A stretch of DNA of 64,000 bases from an uncultured Candidatus Binatia bacterium (GCA_965215595.1 CBDCDW010000003.1:401680-465679); one strand, 5' to 3'. Shown: positions 39,686 to 49,938, counted from the stretch's first letter. The notes: generated by a model not told the origin, from the sequence alone. Made by a program: numbers and translations.

Positions 39686-41308
39686 GTGATGGGAATTACG
39701 ATCAAGAATGAGGGCGGTCAAGATGGAGTATCCCATGGATCGGGGAGTGGAATAGAGGAGGTCCCTTCATCTCTTTGTGCTCCCGATCTCGCGGTGATGG
39801 AGGATCAGGAAGATCTTTTGGACGTGGGTCCGGCCCAGTCTAACGGCAAGGGTGAAAGCGAAGAAGATGAACTAGAAAAAGATCCCGATGAGGGAATTCC
39901 TCCGGGTAGCAGTACCGTTGAACTCTACCTTCGCGAAATCGGTTCCGTTCCCCTACTCACCCGTGAGGGTGAGGTGGCAGTAGCAAAGCAGATCGAAGAA
40001 GGGGAGATCCAGATTCATACGGCTGTACTTTCATCGATGGTGGCATTGCAATGCGCCCTTGAGCTGGGCGATAAAATTGCGAATGATGAGCTCAATGTAT
40101 GTCACGTATTAATGGAGACTGCGGACAGTGATGACTCCACCAGCGCCGCATATTCAGGGGACCACGAAATCTCTCACCGTAAACGCTTCCTAGCAACCAT
40201 TGCGAAGCTCCGCCGGCTCAATCGAGACATTGTCGCGGCTCAGAGGGAATCGAGGAGAGGAAGGATTTCAGTGCGACGCAGGGTTCAATTTGAAAAAGAA
40301 CTCACAAGAAAGAGGGCACGTGCAACTCAATGGATCGCAGCCCTCGGCCTTTCAAAAATTGAAATTCAAAGGATTGCCGAGAGATTGAAGGATTATCACT
40401 ACCGTTTGACAGAACAGGAAAAGAAAACTCAAGATTGTAAAAAAACCAGTTCCCGGAACGAAATTCTTTCAACCATAGGAGCCATTGAAGACCAATTGAA
40501 GTCCTCACGGGAGGAGCTAGAAGTTCGAGTGAGCACCATCCTGGAAGGGGAGCGAAAAGCGGATGCGGCGAAGAAACGATTAACCCAGGCCAATTTGCGC
40601 CTGGTGGTGAGTATCGCAAAGAGGTATGCAAATAGCGGTCTTCAGTTCCTGGACCTAGTACAGGAAGGAAACATTGGCTTGATGAGGGCCGTGGAAAAAT
40701 TTGACTACCGGCTCGGGTATCGATTTTCAACATACGCAAATTGGTGGATTCGTCAGGCTATTCGAAGGGATATTTTCAATTCCGGGCGAACCATTCGAAT
40801 ACCGGTTCACGTGATCGAGGAAAGGACCAAATTGATTCGCACGTTTCGGAGTCTCATTGAGAGGCTTGGACGGGAACCGAGCCCTGAGGAAATTGCCAAT
40901 GAAATGGGACTTTCTTTAAAGGAAGTCCGCAGGGTCATGAAACTGGAAGCAGAACCAGTCTCCCTCGATGCACCCAGTGGCGAAAATGGGGAAGGTCTTC
41001 TTTCCGATTTCGTAGAAGACAAACATGCCTTGAAACCCTTGGAACGTGCCATGGAGGCCAATTTGGGTGTGAAGATTAAGAAGGCTCTGGCTACCCTACC
41101 GCCCAGGCAAGAGGTAGTCCTACGTTTGCGATTTGGCATCGGCATGGCGCGTGACCACACGCTTAAGGAATTGGCCGAGAGATTTTCACTCACTCGTGAG
41201 CGGATTCGGCAGATCGAAGAGAAAGCACTTCGAAAGCTTCGGTTTCCCATCAGTTCGCTCAAACGGGTGGGAAGGTTTGGAGGAACACCTCGAACAAGAA
41301 CCCTCTAG
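39686..41308 (+). CDS. RpoD-like sigma-70 factor, divergent paralogue
   Basis: YLREIGSVPLLT, ANLRLVVSIAK, DLVQEGNIGLMRAVEKFDY and TRERIRQIE motifs. Confidence 0.92.
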   Translation: MMGITIKNEGGQDGVSHGSGSGIEEVPSSLCAPDLAVMEDQEDLLDVGPAQSNGKGESEEDELEKDPDEGIPPGSSTVELYLREIGSVPLLTREGEVAVAKQIEEGEIQIHTAVLSSMVALQCALELGDKIANDELNVCHVLMETADSDDSTSAAYSGDHEISHRKRFLATIAKLRRLNRDIVAAQRESRRGRISVRRRVQFEKELTRKRARATQWIAALGLSKIEIQRIAERLKDYHYRLTEQEKKTQDCKKTSSRNEILSTIGAIEDQLKSSREELEVRVSTILEGERKADAAKKRLTQANLRLVVSIAKRYANSGLQFLDLVQEGNIGLMRAVEKFDYRLGYRFSTYANWWIRQAIRRDIFNSGRTIRIPVHVIEERTKLIRTFRSLIERLGREPSPEEIANEMGLSLKEVRRVMKLEAEPVSLDAPSGENGEGLLSDFVEDKHALKPLERAMEANLGVKIKKALATLPPRQEVVLRLRFGIGMARDHTLKELAERFSLTRERIRQIEEKALRKLRFPISSLKRVGRFGGTPRTRTL

Positions 41309-41372
41309 CTAGAACGGAACAGCCAAGGTAAAATTAAAGTCGTGATTTTAAAATAATGGAGGAGGTTTTGAA

Positions 41373-41696
41373 ATGGCAGATGACGTAATCAAAAGCATTG
41401 ATGAGCAGGTGAAGAAAAGCAATGTACTCGTGTTTATGAAGGGAAACCGTCAATTCCCTCAATGTGGTTTCTCGGCACATACCATGGAAATTTTACAATC
41501 CTATGGAGTTCCATTTGAGACAGTGGATGTGCTGGAGGATTCCAAAGTTCGCGAAGGGATCAAGCAGTACTCCAAATGGCCAACTATTCCGCAGGTTTAT
41601 GTCAAGGGAAAATTCATTGGAGGTTGCGATATCATTCACGAAATGCACGAGCGAGGTGAGCTCGCCCCGATACTGAAAGAGGCCAACGAGAAGTAA
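41373..41696 (+). CDS. grxD: Monothiol glutaredoxin Grx4
   Basis: FMKG...PQCGFS, WPTIPQ and GGCDI motifs. Confidence 0.95.
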   Translation: MADDVIKSIDEQVKKSNVLVFMKGNRQFPQCGFSAHTMEILQSYGVPFETVDVLEDSKVREGIKQYSKWPTIPQVYVKGKFIGGCDIIHEMHERGELAPILKEANEK

Positions 41697-41736
41697 TGTG
41701 CCTTAGGTTGTCGCAATAGGATCGTCGGTCCATTGC

Positions 41737-42879
41737 ATGCTTACTCATGGACAAAACCAAACCCTGACCCAGGTGGGACCCGGTACCCCCATGGGGCATC
41801 TTATGCGCCGATACTGGCACCCAGTGGCAGCAGTCGCGGAGGTAAACAATCATCAGGTAAAGAAGGTCAATGTCCTGGGCGAGCCGTTAATCATTTGCCG
41901 TGATAAAAAAGGCCGGGTTCGGGTTCTGGCCGAGACCTCGGTCCATAGGAATGGGTCTCTGGCCGTAAGTATTCCCGAACACAAAAAACTGCGCTGGACC
42001 TACCAGGGATGGTTGTTTAATTCCGTAGGCCGGTGTGTGGATCGGCCCATGAAGCGATGGGGAAGTCTATTCAAGGATCGGGTTAGGACAAGGGAGTATC
42101 CCGGTGCGGAATTGGGAGGGCTAATCTTTGCATACCTCGGACCGGAGCCAGTACCAAAATTGCACCGCTACAACACACTGGTTTGGGACGATGCCATGCG
42201 TGAGATCAACGGTACGGTGATCGACTGTAATTGGCTACAGGTGATGGAAAATCTTCTTGACCCGTATCATGTGGAGTTTCTTCACGGTCGGTATTTTGAG
42301 CATATTCTTCGACTCAAGGGCGGCGGACAACTGGAGGAATTCCTGGGGCGCTACGCTCCGAAACCCATTAAGAGGATTACCTTCGATCTGTTTGAAAACG
42401 GTATCATCGAGCGACACATGATCCAAAGCGAGGCGGAAATCAGCTGGAAGTTTGGGGCTCCCACTTTTTTCCCCACCACAACACTGGTGGGTTCAGTTGA
42501 AAGCAGTAGAGTAATCAATTTTGTGGTTCCATTGGATGATACGCACACATGGTTCGTCGTGTATCTGGCCGAGCGAACGGGTATCACAATTCCCTGGGTC
42601 GAAACGCCAAAACTTGTGGATGTACCGGGGGTGCGTGACAGCGGGAAATTTGTCCTGGACACGGCCAACGGTCAAGACCACATGGCGGTAGTAACTCAGG
42701 GAGAAATAGCGAGGCGTGAGACCGAGCACCTTGCGACTTCCGACAAGGGAATCGCCCTTTACCGTCAGCTGTTGATCAATCAAATAGAACTGATGGAAAA
42801 GGGTGAAGATCTCATGAATATTTACCGTGAGCCGAATAAGGACTCAATGGAAGCGGAAGAGTTCCTTGAGATTGCCTGA
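41737..42879 (+). CDS. Rieske oxygenase homologue lacking [2Fe-2S] ligands
   Basis: VGPGTPMG.LMRRYW and ENLLDPYHVEFLH retained, but CxH/CxxH read SVH/WTYQ. Confidence 0.85.
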   Translation: MLTHGQNQTLTQVGPGTPMGHLMRRYWHPVAAVAEVNNHQVKKVNVLGEPLIICRDKKGRVRVLAETSVHRNGSLAVSIPEHKKLRWTYQGWLFNSVGRCVDRPMKRWGSLFKDRVRTREYPGAELGGLIFAYLGPEPVPKLHRYNTLVWDDAMREINGTVIDCNWLQVMENLLDPYHVEFLHGRYFEHILRLKGGGQLEEFLGRYAPKPIKRITFDLFENGIIERHMIQSEAEISWKFGAPTFFPTTTLVGSVESSRVINFVVPLDDTHTWFVVYLAERTGITIPWVETPKLVDVPGVRDSGKFVLDTANGQDHMAVVTQGEIARRETEHLATSDKGIALYRQLLINQIELMEKGEDLMNIYREPNKDSMEAEEFLEIA

Positions 42880-42896
42880 GGCGCGCTTCTGTCTCC

Positions 42897-44444
42897 ATGA
42901 AAAACCGCGAACGCGAAGCCGCATGGGACTATCATAATCATACCAAACATTCGGATTACAGCATACGCACCAACCCGCATTTCATGGACTGGGAAAACCA
43001 GCCAATCCCTTTCAAAATCTATTCCACGTTAGATGCGATTTCTATACCGCAGGACATTTCTTCATCTGGGATAGCTGCTCTGACCGCCATTTCTACCATT
43101 GGCCACAGGCAAAACGGACAGCCTGAAATTAATAAACAGATTCTGGCCGAAATCTTTCATTTCTCAGCCGGGATCACCAGACGCAAGACCTATCCAGGCG
43201 GAGAAGTTCTCTTCCGTGCTGCCGCTTGTACAGGGGCGCTCTATCACATTGATCTTTACCTGGTCGCAGGTGAACTATCCGATCTGGAAGCCGGGGTCTA
43301 TCATTTTAGTCCCAACGACTTTACCCTGAGAAAGCTCCGCTCCGGGGATTACCGGTCCGTTATTATAGCGGCTAGTGGTCAAGAGCCTTCGGTGGCCAGT
43401 GCGCCGGTGACGTTAGTCTGTGCTTCCACCTATTGGCGCAACGCGTGGAAATACCAGGCTCGGGCCTACCGTCATTGCTATTGGGACAGCGGTACGATAC
43501 TTGCCAACCTGTTGGCCGCCGCGGCGGCGCGCAGAGTTAGCTCCAGTGTGGTCATGGGTTTTGTGGATATCACCATTGCTGAACTCTTGGGTCTCGATCC
43601 TGAACGGGAGGGCGCACTGAGCCTTGTCCCCCTTGGATTCGATGCATCCACGCCGCCCGCTCCATCACCCGGGATAACGCCGCTTCATTTGGAGACCATG
43701 GCCCTATCCAAGCACGAAGTTGACTATCCGGCCATTCGAAAGATGCACACCGCGTCGTCTCTGGAGAGCGGGGAAGAAGTTGCCACCTGGCGCCAGCAGT
43801 CTTCCGGCGGCGATCCAGGGAAGAAAGAGGAAAAGGTCAGGGGACAGGTCATACCGCTACAACCTCATTCCCAGGAGGAGATGCCGGGAGATTCCATAGA
43901 GCAAGTCATACTTCGTCGTGGCTCCGCCCGGCAGTTTTCTAAGCAAAGCATTAGCTTTGCCCAACTCTCAACCATGCTCAAGATGGCCACGGCTCGCATC
44001 CCCGGGGATTGTTTCAATGGTGGTGCCCTCAACGACCTTTACCTTATCGTCAACGCAGTGGATGACTTAGCGCCTGGTGCCTATATCTTTCACCGGGAGG
44101 CCTCGGGCCTTGAACTGATAAAGGAGGGCAATTTCAGGCAGGAAGCGGGCCACCTGGGATTGGGTCAAGAGATTCCTGCTGATGCCAGCATCGATGTGTT
44201 TTTCCTGGCCGATCTAAATATAATCTTGGAACGGTTTGGAAACCGCGGTTATCGAGCGGCCCAGTTAGAAGCCAGCATTACCGGCGGAAGATTCTATCTG
44301 TCAGCCTATGCCCAACGCCTTGGGGCCTCCGGTCTTACCTTTTTCGATGACGACGTGACGGAGTTCTTTTCGCCCCACGCGGCTGGCAAGAGCGTAATGT
44401 TCTTGGTAGCAGTGGGAAAGGCCATGAGACGCATGCGGAAGTAG
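42897..44444 (+). CDS. SagB/ThcOx-family tandem nitroreductase-domain protein
   Basis: YHNHTKH, RAAACTGALY, WKYQARAYR, RRGSAR and GLTFFDD motifs. Confidence 0.88.
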   Translation: MKNREREAAWDYHNHTKHSDYSIRTNPHFMDWENQPIPFKIYSTLDAISIPQDISSSGIAALTAISTIGHRQNGQPEINKQILAEIFHFSAGITRRKTYPGGEVLFRAAACTGALYHIDLYLVAGELSDLEAGVYHFSPNDFTLRKLRSGDYRSVIIAASGQEPSVASAPVTLVCASTYWRNAWKYQARAYRHCYWDSGTILANLLAAAAARRVSSSVVMGFVDITIAELLGLDPEREGALSLVPLGFDASTPPAPSPGITPLHLETMALSKHEVDYPAIRKMHTASSLESGEEVATWRQQSSGGDPGKKEEKVRGQVIPLQPHSQEEMPGDSIEQVILRRGSARQFSKQSISFAQLSTMLKMATARIPGDCFNGGALNDLYLIVNAVDDLAPGAYIFHREASGLELIKEGNFRQEAGHLGLGQEIPADASIDVFFLADLNIILERFGNRGYRAAQLEASITGGRFYLSAYAQRLGASGLTFFDDDVTEFFSPHAAGKSVMFLVAVGKAMRRMRK

Positions 44445-44582
44445 GGATCAGCATCTTCTATCGGTTCCGACATTGCAAAGTCTATTGAGATCAACTCTCT
44501 TGCATTACCGGCTCTGATTCTGCAGCCGTCAGCCCTTCTGATTCTCCATGTGAGTGTGTCTGGTGCATTATACTTTTGAGAA

Positions 44583-45386
44583 ATGGAAGTACCTATGAAA
44601 AAGGTCCCAGCCCTGGAACTGCGAAACGTTTCTTATACCGTAGATAAGAAAAGAATCCTGGATTCCGTTGACTGGACAGTTCAACAGGGAGAGCACTGGG
44701 TGATTCTGGGGCCCAATGGATCGGGGAAAACCACGCTTCTCAAGGCTGCTTGCGGTTATATATGGCCAAATGACGGCGGTGAAATCTACCGCAATGGCGA
44801 AGTCTTGATCAATCTTCGGGATCTCAGAAAGAGCATTGGTTGGGTGACTTCCACACTGCCATTCGAAATACCTTCGCGCGAGAAAATCTTGAGCACAGTG
44901 GTATCTGGAAAGTTTGCTCAGATTGGACTCCTGGAAGGTCCTTGGGGAAGGTCCACAAAAAAGGATTACTCCCAGGCCGAGGAATATTTAGTTCAGATGG
45001 GTTGTGCCGATCTTTTGGATCAAGAGTTTGGCACCCTTTCCCAAGGGGAACAGCAAAGGGTTCTCATCGCCCGGGCGCGCATGACCAAACCTTATCTGAT
45101 ATTTCTCGATGAGCCCTGCGCCGGGATGGATCCGGGAGGAAGAGAAGATTTTCTAGAAAGTCTCCAAGAGCTTGGTAGTCAGAAACAGGTTCCGGCTCTT
45201 ATTTACGTTACCCACCACATCGAAGAAATCCTTCCTCTTTTTAAAAAAATGCTGATCTTGAAGAAGGGTAGGGTGCTTGAGGCCGGGACCACCAGCGCGC
45301 TCTTAAAACAAGATGTTTTAAGAAAACTATATTATGTTTCGTTGACTCTCACTAAAAAGAAGGGCCGCTATTGGCCCACGGGTTAG
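44583..45386 (+). CDS. Stand-alone ABC ATP-binding protein (ModF-like)
   Basis: GPNGSGKTT, LSQGEQQR, FLDEP and VTHH motifs. Confidence 0.92.
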   Translation: MEVPMKKVPALELRNVSYTVDKKRILDSVDWTVQQGEHWVILGPNGSGKTTLLKAACGYIWPNDGGEIYRNGEVLINLRDLRKSIGWVTSTLPFEIPSREKILSTVVSGKFAQIGLLEGPWGRSTKKDYSQAEEYLVQMGCADLLDQEFGTLSQGEQQRVLIARARMTKPYLIFLDEPCAGMDPGGREDFLESLQELGSQKQVPALIYVTHHIEEILPLFKKMLILKKGRVLEAGTTSALLKQDVLRKLYYVSLTLTKKKGRYWPTG

Positions 45387-45466
45387 TAGGAACCACCACA
45401 TTGGACCAGGGTCTGCATTACGTATCTAGTAAATTCACCAGTTTCTCGATGAAGGAAGTTGTGCCA

Positions 45467-45500
45467 AAGACGCAACCAAAGCGTCGATGAATTGCGTCCT
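45467..45500 (+). repeat. 34-bp palindromic site 1 (core GCGTCG)
   Basis: AAGACGCAACCAAA-GCGTCG-ATGAATTGCGTCCT. Confidence 0.85.
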
Positions 45501-45614
45501 GAGGCGGATCGGTTCTTTCGGTGCTCGGAGCAAGCCTACGGCGTCGCTCTTTGACACCCTTCAAGTTACTAATGAACTGAGTAATACGACGGCGGAGGCC
45601 ATTGGTGGCCAGGT

Positions 45615-46355
45615 TCAGTGGGCAATGAGCTCGCACTTTCCGTACTGAAGACCGCCCACACCGTCATCCTCAACTGATTTCAGGTCTGAAAAAATCTGCA
45701 GGTTAAATTGGGAGCCAAAGGCGTAATATTTTTTAATTTGCAAGTCCTGGTTAACCTCGACCCGGTCTACCTTGTAGCGTGTGCAATCGACCTTCCCGGC
45801 AAAGTGCGAGAACGCGCAGCGGAACAGGGAAAAACCGTCCGGAAGCTCTTTCAAACGCGTGGAGAACTGCCCCTCTTTGATTTCCTCGGAACTATAGGTG
45901 GTATCGAAGTCATACTTCCTTGTCACGGGGCAGCGATACTCCACGAGGGGGAGCCTCCCCTCTTCTGTTGGAGCTCCCGCCAGAATCCAACGGCGAATAA
46001 TCTCTTTTTCACTCGCGGGAAGGGGCTCTTCCGTTTCGGAAAACGGCATTATGTCATCCATCACTGTATTGAACAGTCCGGAATCTTCAGGTCTTCCTCG
46101 AACAATTTTCTCCGGATCAGCGCTTAGCTTTCCCAAATCAAGCACGAAGCCGAAGTCTCCCCTTGGACCCTTCTTCTCTCGTACCCCTTCGGGACCATGA
46201 CACTTTGCACACTTCGTCTCAAAGACTGTTTTCACTTCTTTCGCTAGTTTCGCCTTCTCCGGCTGAGAAAGCTTTTCCTGGCCCCCGACGGAGGAAACGA
46301 TTCCAAACGCCAAGAATATTCCGAAAAGGAGCCCACTCCTCGAATACAGATTCAT
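45615..46355 (-). CDS. Secreted c-type cytochrome domain protein
   Basis: Signal peptide; CAKCH; distal MP; RRWILAGAP. Confidence 0.8.
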   Translation of the reverse strand: MNLYSRSGLLFGIFLAFGIVSSVGGQEKLSQPEKAKLAKEVKTVFETKCAKCHGPEGVREKKGPRGDFGFVLDLGKLSADPEKIVRGRPEDSGLFNTVMDDIMPFSETEEPLPASEKEIIRRWILAGAPTEEGRLPLVEYRCPVTRKYDFDTTYSSEEIKEGQFSTRLKELPDGFSLFRCAFSHFAGKVDCTRYKVDRVEVNQDLQIKKYYAFGSQFNLQIFSDLKSVEDDGVGGLQYGKCELIAH

Positions 46356-46368
46356 ATCCTTAAAAACG

Positions 46369-47502
46369 CTATTTCCTCTTTCGAGCCGCTTTGCCCGAGT
46401 CGGCTCTCGCTTTAGCGACGAGTTTTTTAAGGCCGCTCACGTCCCTGTATTTGAACAGGTTGGCAATCATATACTTGCCCCCCGGTTTGGCGACGGTAAA
46501 CTTATCGGTGATCATGTCCTTGGAAATATCCATGCGCATGGAGTTACGGTCCGCATTCTTCTGCCATGCTAATTGCCCCTCTTTGGATATCATCCAATTT
46601 GCGAAAACTGTGGCTGCATTGGGATTAGGGGCGCGGTTCACCACGGCGAGCTGCCCCCAACCGCCGGAGAGATACGCCTCGGAGGTGGGTGCACGATAGA
46701 TTTCAACGGGTAAACCCTGTCTTTTGGCAGTCGCTACCTCAGTGCCCCTGGCTGCAATGTTCAGTTCATACTTTCCCGAGGCGACCCAGTCGATCATCTG
46801 CACGATGCTTCTCCCTATGGTGATTTCCTGCTCGGCGAACAATCGCTGGATGAATTTTGGTCCCATGTTCTTGTTGTAGTAGATGCCCTTCCAGGTGGCC
46901 AGCACGCCTCGCCTCGTTGGATCATAGGACACCATCTTGCCGCGCCATTTGGGATCGAGAAGGTCCTTGAAGCTCTTAAGCTCACCGGGCTTGTGCTTCT
47001 TGGTGTTATAGAGTGCGATGGTGGACGTGACGGTCCCTTCCATAAGAAAGAGGGACTTTTGGGGAACCGCATAATGATGCTGCTTCCTGAACCAGGCGGA
47101 CTGGTCCTTGGATTCTGGTAAGATTAACCGGGGTGGAAGCGGGTCAAAGTACCCCCTTTGGGCTAAGATGCCGCCAGTTCCTGCGCCTCCAACATAAATG
47201 TCCGCAATAAATTTTCCCGCCCGACGTTCGGCGCCGAGCCGGTTGGCATGTTGGCTTCCCGAACCGGGAACGTAGACCATCTTGATTTTGGGATAGACGC
47301 CTTTAAACGTCTCAAGGGCGTTAATGTACTGGATTCCCGGGGGGCCATAGACCCTGATACGCCCCTCTTTTCGTGCCGCAGCCAGGGTTTTTTCCCAGTC
47401 GGCCTTCCAATCCGCTTGTGCGGGTTGGTAAAAAGTCATCAGAAAAAGACATAAAAGCGTACAAAATGTGAAGAAAAGTCTCAGACGATAAACCATATTC
47501 AT
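46369..47502 (-). CDS. ABC substrate-binding protein (AfuA-like), no adjacent permease
   Basis: WEKTLAAARKEG, DLLDPKWRGK and APNPNAATVF motifs. Confidence 0.88.
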   Translation of the reverse strand: MNMVYRLRLFFTFCTLLCLFLMTFYQPAQADWKADWEKTLAAARKEGRIRVYGPPGIQYINALETFKGVYPKIKMVYVPGSGSQHANRLGAERRAGKFIADIYVGGAGTGGILAQRGYFDPLPPRLILPESKDQSAWFRKQHHYAVPQKSLFLMEGTVTSTIALYNTKKHKPGELKSFKDLLDPKWRGKMVSYDPTRRGVLATWKGIYYNKNMGPKFIQRLFAEQEITIGRSIVQMIDWVASGKYELNIAARGTEVATAKRQGLPVEIYRAPTSEAYLSGGWGQLAVVNRAPNPNAATVFANWMISKEGQLAWQKNADRNSMRMDISKDMITDKFTVAKPGGKYMIANLFKYRDVSGLKKLVAKARADSGKAARKRK

Positions 47503-47693
47503 TGCCTCCTAGATAATAGGATTTTTGAGAACCCGAGCAGTCTATTTGGAATAGGCGCCACTGTCAAATCGCAAAATACTGACCATGCCTTATGAGCTCG
47601 CAATATGCGGGTTCGATTGAAGATCAAGGCAGGACCAGATCAAATAGACCATGGTGATTTAACCAGTGGAACAACCCAAGATGCATTCTACTT

Positions 47694-47727
47694 ATTAGGC
47701 AATTAATGCGTCGTTTAATTGGATTCT
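47694..47727 (+). repeat. 34-bp palindromic site 2 (core GCGTCG)
   Basis: ATTAGGCAATTAAT-GCGTCG-TTTAATTGGATTCT. Confidence 0.8.
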
Positions 47728-47794
47728 GGGATGATTGACAGCCTTTTCCCCTGCGATATTGGTCTCTTAGTATCAAGCCAATTGAGTACCGAGT

Positions 47795-47911
47795 ATGGAA
47801 CGCAAACTCACTGCCATTCTTAGTGCGGATGTCGAAGGTTACAGTCGTCTGATGGGGAAGGATGAGGAAGCGACCATTCGCACCTTGGCTCCGCGCGGGG
47901 GAGGAGATTAG
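47795..47911 (+). pseudogene. N-terminal fragment of a class III adenylate/guanylate cyclase
   Basis: Translates as MERKLTAILSADVEGYSRLMGKDEEATIRTL, then unrelated residues and a stop; too short for the ORF track. Confidence 0.85.
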
Positions 47912-48060
47912 GCAAACTCACTTTCGTTAGGTGAGCAGAGGTTATAGAGATTCAAGCCAGCTTCAACGTATAGAGAGGATAAAATCAGAGTTGGGTCAAG
48001 ATTTTGTCAACGATTCGTGTATGATTCAGGTTGAAGTGTTCGAGTGCCAACCAAGTGGTT

Positions 48061-48366
48061 TCATTTCTTAAATACGCTAAAAAATTTCCCCAGTGCACCT
48101 TTGTCCATTTCAGACACAACCTCCAGTTCTCCGGCATCCAGCCATACACCTCCGCAGGAAGAACATTTATCCACAGCGATTCTCTTATAATCAATTTGAA
48201 TTAACTGCATTCCGCATTTGGGGCAGCGCATATAATGAAGTTCCTTGAGCTTCCTTTTGTCTTCCTCCACGAACTGTGCTTGTTTGTCTGCTTCCCGCTT
48301 TTTTCTTCTTTCAAATTCTACCTTGGCAAAATATTCTTCTTCCGTTTCGGTTGGCTTTCCAGGCAT
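48061..48366 (-). CDS. Zinc-ribbon (zf-TFIIB-like) protein
   Basis: EEEYF, CPKCG and CSSCGGVWLDAGEL motifs. Confidence 0.85.
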   Translation of the reverse strand: MPGKPTETEEEYFAKVEFERRKKREADKQAQFVEEDKRKLKELHYMRCPKCGMQLIQIDYKRIAVDKCSSCGGVWLDAGELEVVSEMDKGALGKFFSVFKK

Positions 48367-48775
48367 ACCCTATTCCTTTCTTCTGTCGGTTAGCAAAGGT
48401 CCATTGTGTCTTTGTGAAGCATTCTTACTTCGATGCGTTAAGCACTCTCATTGCGGTGATACCGCTACATATATAAAACCAATGTGTTGGAGTCAATGGG
48501 AGTGACCCCCATCAGTTAGTCAGTCAGGGGAGGGGTAAAAGTTAGAGCGCTCTAGGTGGGACAGAGTTGAGTTCGTTTTACGATTTGTTTACGATTGAAG
48601 TGTAGCCGGCCAGCGTCGATCTTTCGTACGACCAGCTAATTGAAAACCCTCATTACTCTAAGGGGTAGAAGATGTCCAGGTCCCCCCTGCAGTGCTCCAC
48701 ATCGGGCCGCCGTTTTCGTTTCAGGAAAGCATGCAGTAGGCCAATCGAAAGAGGAGTTTGAGTCGGGAAACGTCT

Positions 48776-49552
48776 TCAGTTGATTTCAAAGTCAAAATAG
48801 CGATTGGGAAATGGCTCGCCCCTTAAAGCGTAGTGCCACCATTCCTCTGGCAAATTTGTAAATCCGTACTTTTCCATAATCAATTTAAGGAGCAATCTGT
48901 TTACTTTTTGAATCCTCCCGATCTCTGGGTTGAGAGTATGTGATAGTGGGTGAAAACAGTCGTAAGCCGTTCCCATATCCAAGCTGTTGTCTTTGAAGCG
49001 CGTCTCATAGGGAAGATAACATTCAACCAATCCCTTCCTATCCTCGTAACCTGGTTGTTCAGGGAAAGGTAAGGGGACTATGGTGAGGTCAACCGTGCTT
49101 CCTCGGCTATGGCTGGATTTTTCAGCTATATACCCTTCCCTAAATAGGTCTCTCTTGGCTACAGTCGGATAAAACTCCTTCTTCATTCGGGTATCGGACA
49201 AATCTTTTGCCCACTCGACAAAGTCGCCAACCGCTCTTTGCGGTCGGTAGCAGTCGTAGATCTTGAGAGACAGCGAAAAGGCTCTTAGTTCTGCCTGCAC
49301 CGCAGCGAGGGCTTCTGCAGCCTGCCTTGTGATAATACATTTTGGAGCGTTGTATCCCCTGATTCTGTGACCGACAAAGTTGTAATTGCTGTAGTACCGG
49401 GCCTCAACAATGATGCTGGAATCAACATCTTGAAGCGAAACAAAAGTTTTCTTGAAGTCTTTTTCGTCTTCTGCAACTTCAGCGAGCGTGTGATGACTGA
49501 TTGCAAAACAAAAAAGCAAAACAAAAGCTCCACTAAAGGCAAGGAATTTCAT
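48776..49552 (-). CDS. ddpX: D-alanyl-D-alanine dipeptidase (VanX/DdpX, peptidase M15D), secreted
   Basis: YDCYRPQRAV, SSHSRGSTVD and EWWH motifs. Confidence 0.9.
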   Translation of the reverse strand: MKFLAFSGAFVLLFCFAISHHTLAEVAEDEKDFKKTFVSLQDVDSSIIVEARYYSNYNFVGHRIRGYNAPKCIITRQAAEALAAVQAELRAFSLSLKIYDCYRPQRAVGDFVEWAKDLSDTRMKKEFYPTVAKRDLFREGYIAEKSSHSRGSTVDLTIVPLPFPEQPGYEDRKGLVECYLPYETRFKDNSLDMGTAYDCFHPLSHTLNPEIGRIQKVNRLLLKLIMEKYGFTNLPEEWWHYALRGEPFPNRYFDFEIN

Positions 49553-49597
49553 GACGTCTCCTTATCGCTGAGGTCGTTCTGTGTCAAGGAACCTGTC

Positions 49598-49631
49598 AGG
49601 ACTCAATTAAAGCGTCGATTAATTGCGTCCT
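49598..49631 (+). repeat. 34-bp palindromic site 3 (core GCGTCG)
   Basis: AGGACTCAATTAAA-GCGTCG-ATTAATTGCGTCCT. Confidence 0.92.
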
Positions 49632-49721
49632 GGGGAGGATCAGTTCTCTTCGTGCTCAGAAAAAGCCTACCGCCTAGCCCTTTAGACACCCGCTCATCTC
49701 AATGTCTAACAATATAGGCAC
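49632..49721 (+). repeat. About 90-bp flank repeat following some palindromic sites (also 54336-54426 and, degenerate, about 45501-45570)
   Basis: Shared AGTTCTCTTCGTGCTCAGAAAAAGCCT..CGCCTAG...GACACCC...AATGTCTA-N6-TAGGCAC. Confidence 0.85.
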
Positions 49722-49938
49722 ATAGCTCATTTCTGGTATATACCTTCTCTGAGTTGGGCCTTCAATTATTCCTTAAATTTCAATGCACCAGCTGCTTTGC
49801 TGGTGGCTCAACCAAACACATCCATCTGGTTGGCCTGAGCCATGCTCTGTAAGCATTGTCGGACAAAATAGCCTCCCACATCGATGGTAAGTGTACAAAT
49901 TCTGACGTGAAGCCCCAATGTTCCAACGGAGGGTAAAA

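Noticed and set aside
42897-44444. RiPP (azole) biosynthetic cluster
   Set aside because: No YcaO, precursor peptide or maturation genes nearby; stand-alone SagB-type proteins are common
48776-49552. Vancomycin resistance cluster
   Set aside because: No vanH, vanA, vanR or vanS; a lone secreted DdpX-type dipeptidase
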